The position numbers were made by a program, and so were the translations under genes. Below the pieces are notes generated by a model. That model worked only from the letters and a program-made list of their open reading frames with translations. It searched no databases and was not told where the DNA came from. Shown piece by piece: positions 62,551 to 64,000 of a stretch of DNA of 64,000 bases. The DNA is from Amoebidium appalachense (taxonomy: Eukaryota > Protista > Ichthyosporea), in the NCBI GenBank assembly GCA_963693365.1, contig CAVNZM010000007.1, forward strand, positions 3,147,979-3,211,978, in the 5' to 3' direction. Position 1 is the first letter of the stretch; every line of letters starts with the position of its first letter.

Positions 62551-63741
62551 GGTGTCCTACTGAGTTTGCTCAGTGATTTTGGCTCTTTTTCGCTTTTGTG
62601 TTTAATATTTTTTCAGCTGATATCAGAACTTCGGAGTTTTGGTCGGTGACAAAACAGTTGAAAAGCTAGTAGCTTTGCCACGGGTTACTTTTTTTGTAGT
62701 ATCTCTGTCTATTTGGTTGATGTTTGAGGGCGCTTTGGTTGTCGTGTTTATTTTTTCACTCCGAACTAAACCCGCACTACCGGATTAAGCGAAAAAAAGC
62801 GTTGCAGTGGAAAGAAGGATGATGGAAGCTGCAAACAGAACGACGGTGAAAGCTTGAACAAGTTGTTAAAGAGTCTGCCTGTACGACGTACGTGCCTGCA
62901 TTAGCAGCTAGTTGTACAGTGTATTTGAACATGCACCGGTCACGCTGCTAATCACACTTACGCGGGATACCCACAAACTTTGGGGCCAACGGCCTAACAA
63001 ATAGAACACGTGACAACATTGATGTCATCAGCACACACAGCTGTATGACAACTGTGTGACGCGTGCGAACGGGGCATGATGATGCGCCGCACAGATGCAC
63101 GAACATACATAGACGCGTGCACCGATTTGTGTATGCACCCAAGGCTTGCCGGCTGGAGTTTCCAGTACCTAGCATTATTCCCTTATTATGATTCATAGTA
63201 GATTTCTAGAAAGCAACGTTCTGCATACATACTGAGAAACCTTCACCAGGCCGAACTGAACACCTGCCAGGTGCCACAGCCAGAGCGAGGGAGGTTGCGC
63301 ATGCACCGGCAGCCCTCCGGGCGAACCTCGGGTGTCACAACCAATCAAATCGATGAAAGCTTTGGATTGGTTAGCAACGCACCGATTTGGAAATAGCTAA
63401 ATATAGTAAGTCAATAATTTAGTCTATTGGTCCAACAGATTTTCACGGCTCACGTGTGAGACCCGCTTCATGGCTTGCCGAAAAAAAGCTGCCGTTCCTG
63501 CCGTTCACCTCAGTTCTCTTTTTCCTGCACCGAGGTTCCTGTGTTTGCATTTTGGATCGTTTGAAGGCAAGTCTGAAATACGACATTTTTAATGTGCTCC
63601 TTCGCACTCTGGTTAAAAACTGAATAACGAAAGTATGCGACTGAAGGAAGTCACCTTTTAAGGTTTAACCCCCACAATCCCATTCCCACCCCACCCGCTC
63701 CCCCCTTCCTCCCCTCCCCCCGTAGCCCCCCGCCACCCCAC

Positions 63742-63773
<32 letters not shown>

Positions 63774-64000
63774 TTCCTCCTTATACACACCCCAAAGATC
63801 GAAAACACAGCGTCCGTAGAGAAAAAAACACGCATGCACAGGGACACATGCAGGAACACGCTACGAGCCTGAATGTTGGTCACCCAAAAGGACCCAGAGG
63901 ACCCTGCATGCATGTGGTTATCGTTCTCGAGCGCACACACTAGAATCATCACATAACAAGCACACAACAAAACTTACTGAATCACCTAATGAAACTCACT

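Noticed and set aside
62940-64000. Possible further gene at the right edge
   Set aside because: No consistent exon chain or recognisable peptide; only CCAAT-rich promoter-like sequence.

Overview
This is eukaryotic, intron-rich genomic DNA. Its introns are packed with poly-C/poly-G tracts and (CA)n/(TG)n/(CT)n microsatellites, so almost all ORFs in the supplied track are low-complexity artefacts. The gene content (animal/fungal-type GPI, a DAPK/MLCK-like kinase, but also RXT3 and folate synthesis) suggests a unicellular opisthokont, possibly a holozoan such as an ichthyosporean; this is inference only. Splicing exons by hand gave these models in order: a secreted trypsin with two hevein-like chitin-binding repeats (-), a 5'-truncated but otherwise intact LINE ORF2 (-), an 11-exon DAPK/MLCK-like kinase with a CaM-binding helix and an HR1-like tail (+), a ubiquitin-fold-like CAAX protein (-), a 13-exon RXT3 homologue (-), RPB9 (+), a DUF1348 protein (-), a stand-alone tandem dihydroneopterin aldolase (+), a 12-exon glucose-6-phosphate isomerase (-), and a poorly resolved orphan gene (-). 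Non-coding elements include a Harbinger/Tourist-like MITE, a Tc1/mariner-like MITE and two dispersed repeat families. Three observations stand out. First, a structured ~280-bp repeat occurs in six copies: the five intronic copies are all sense to the host gene and end in a C-run, two are 5'-truncated, and the youngest copies contain a box C/D-like core. Second, several introns lack polypyrimidine tracts and carry complementary (GU)n...(AC)n ends. Third, the kinase and DHNA genes have unusual domain architectures.
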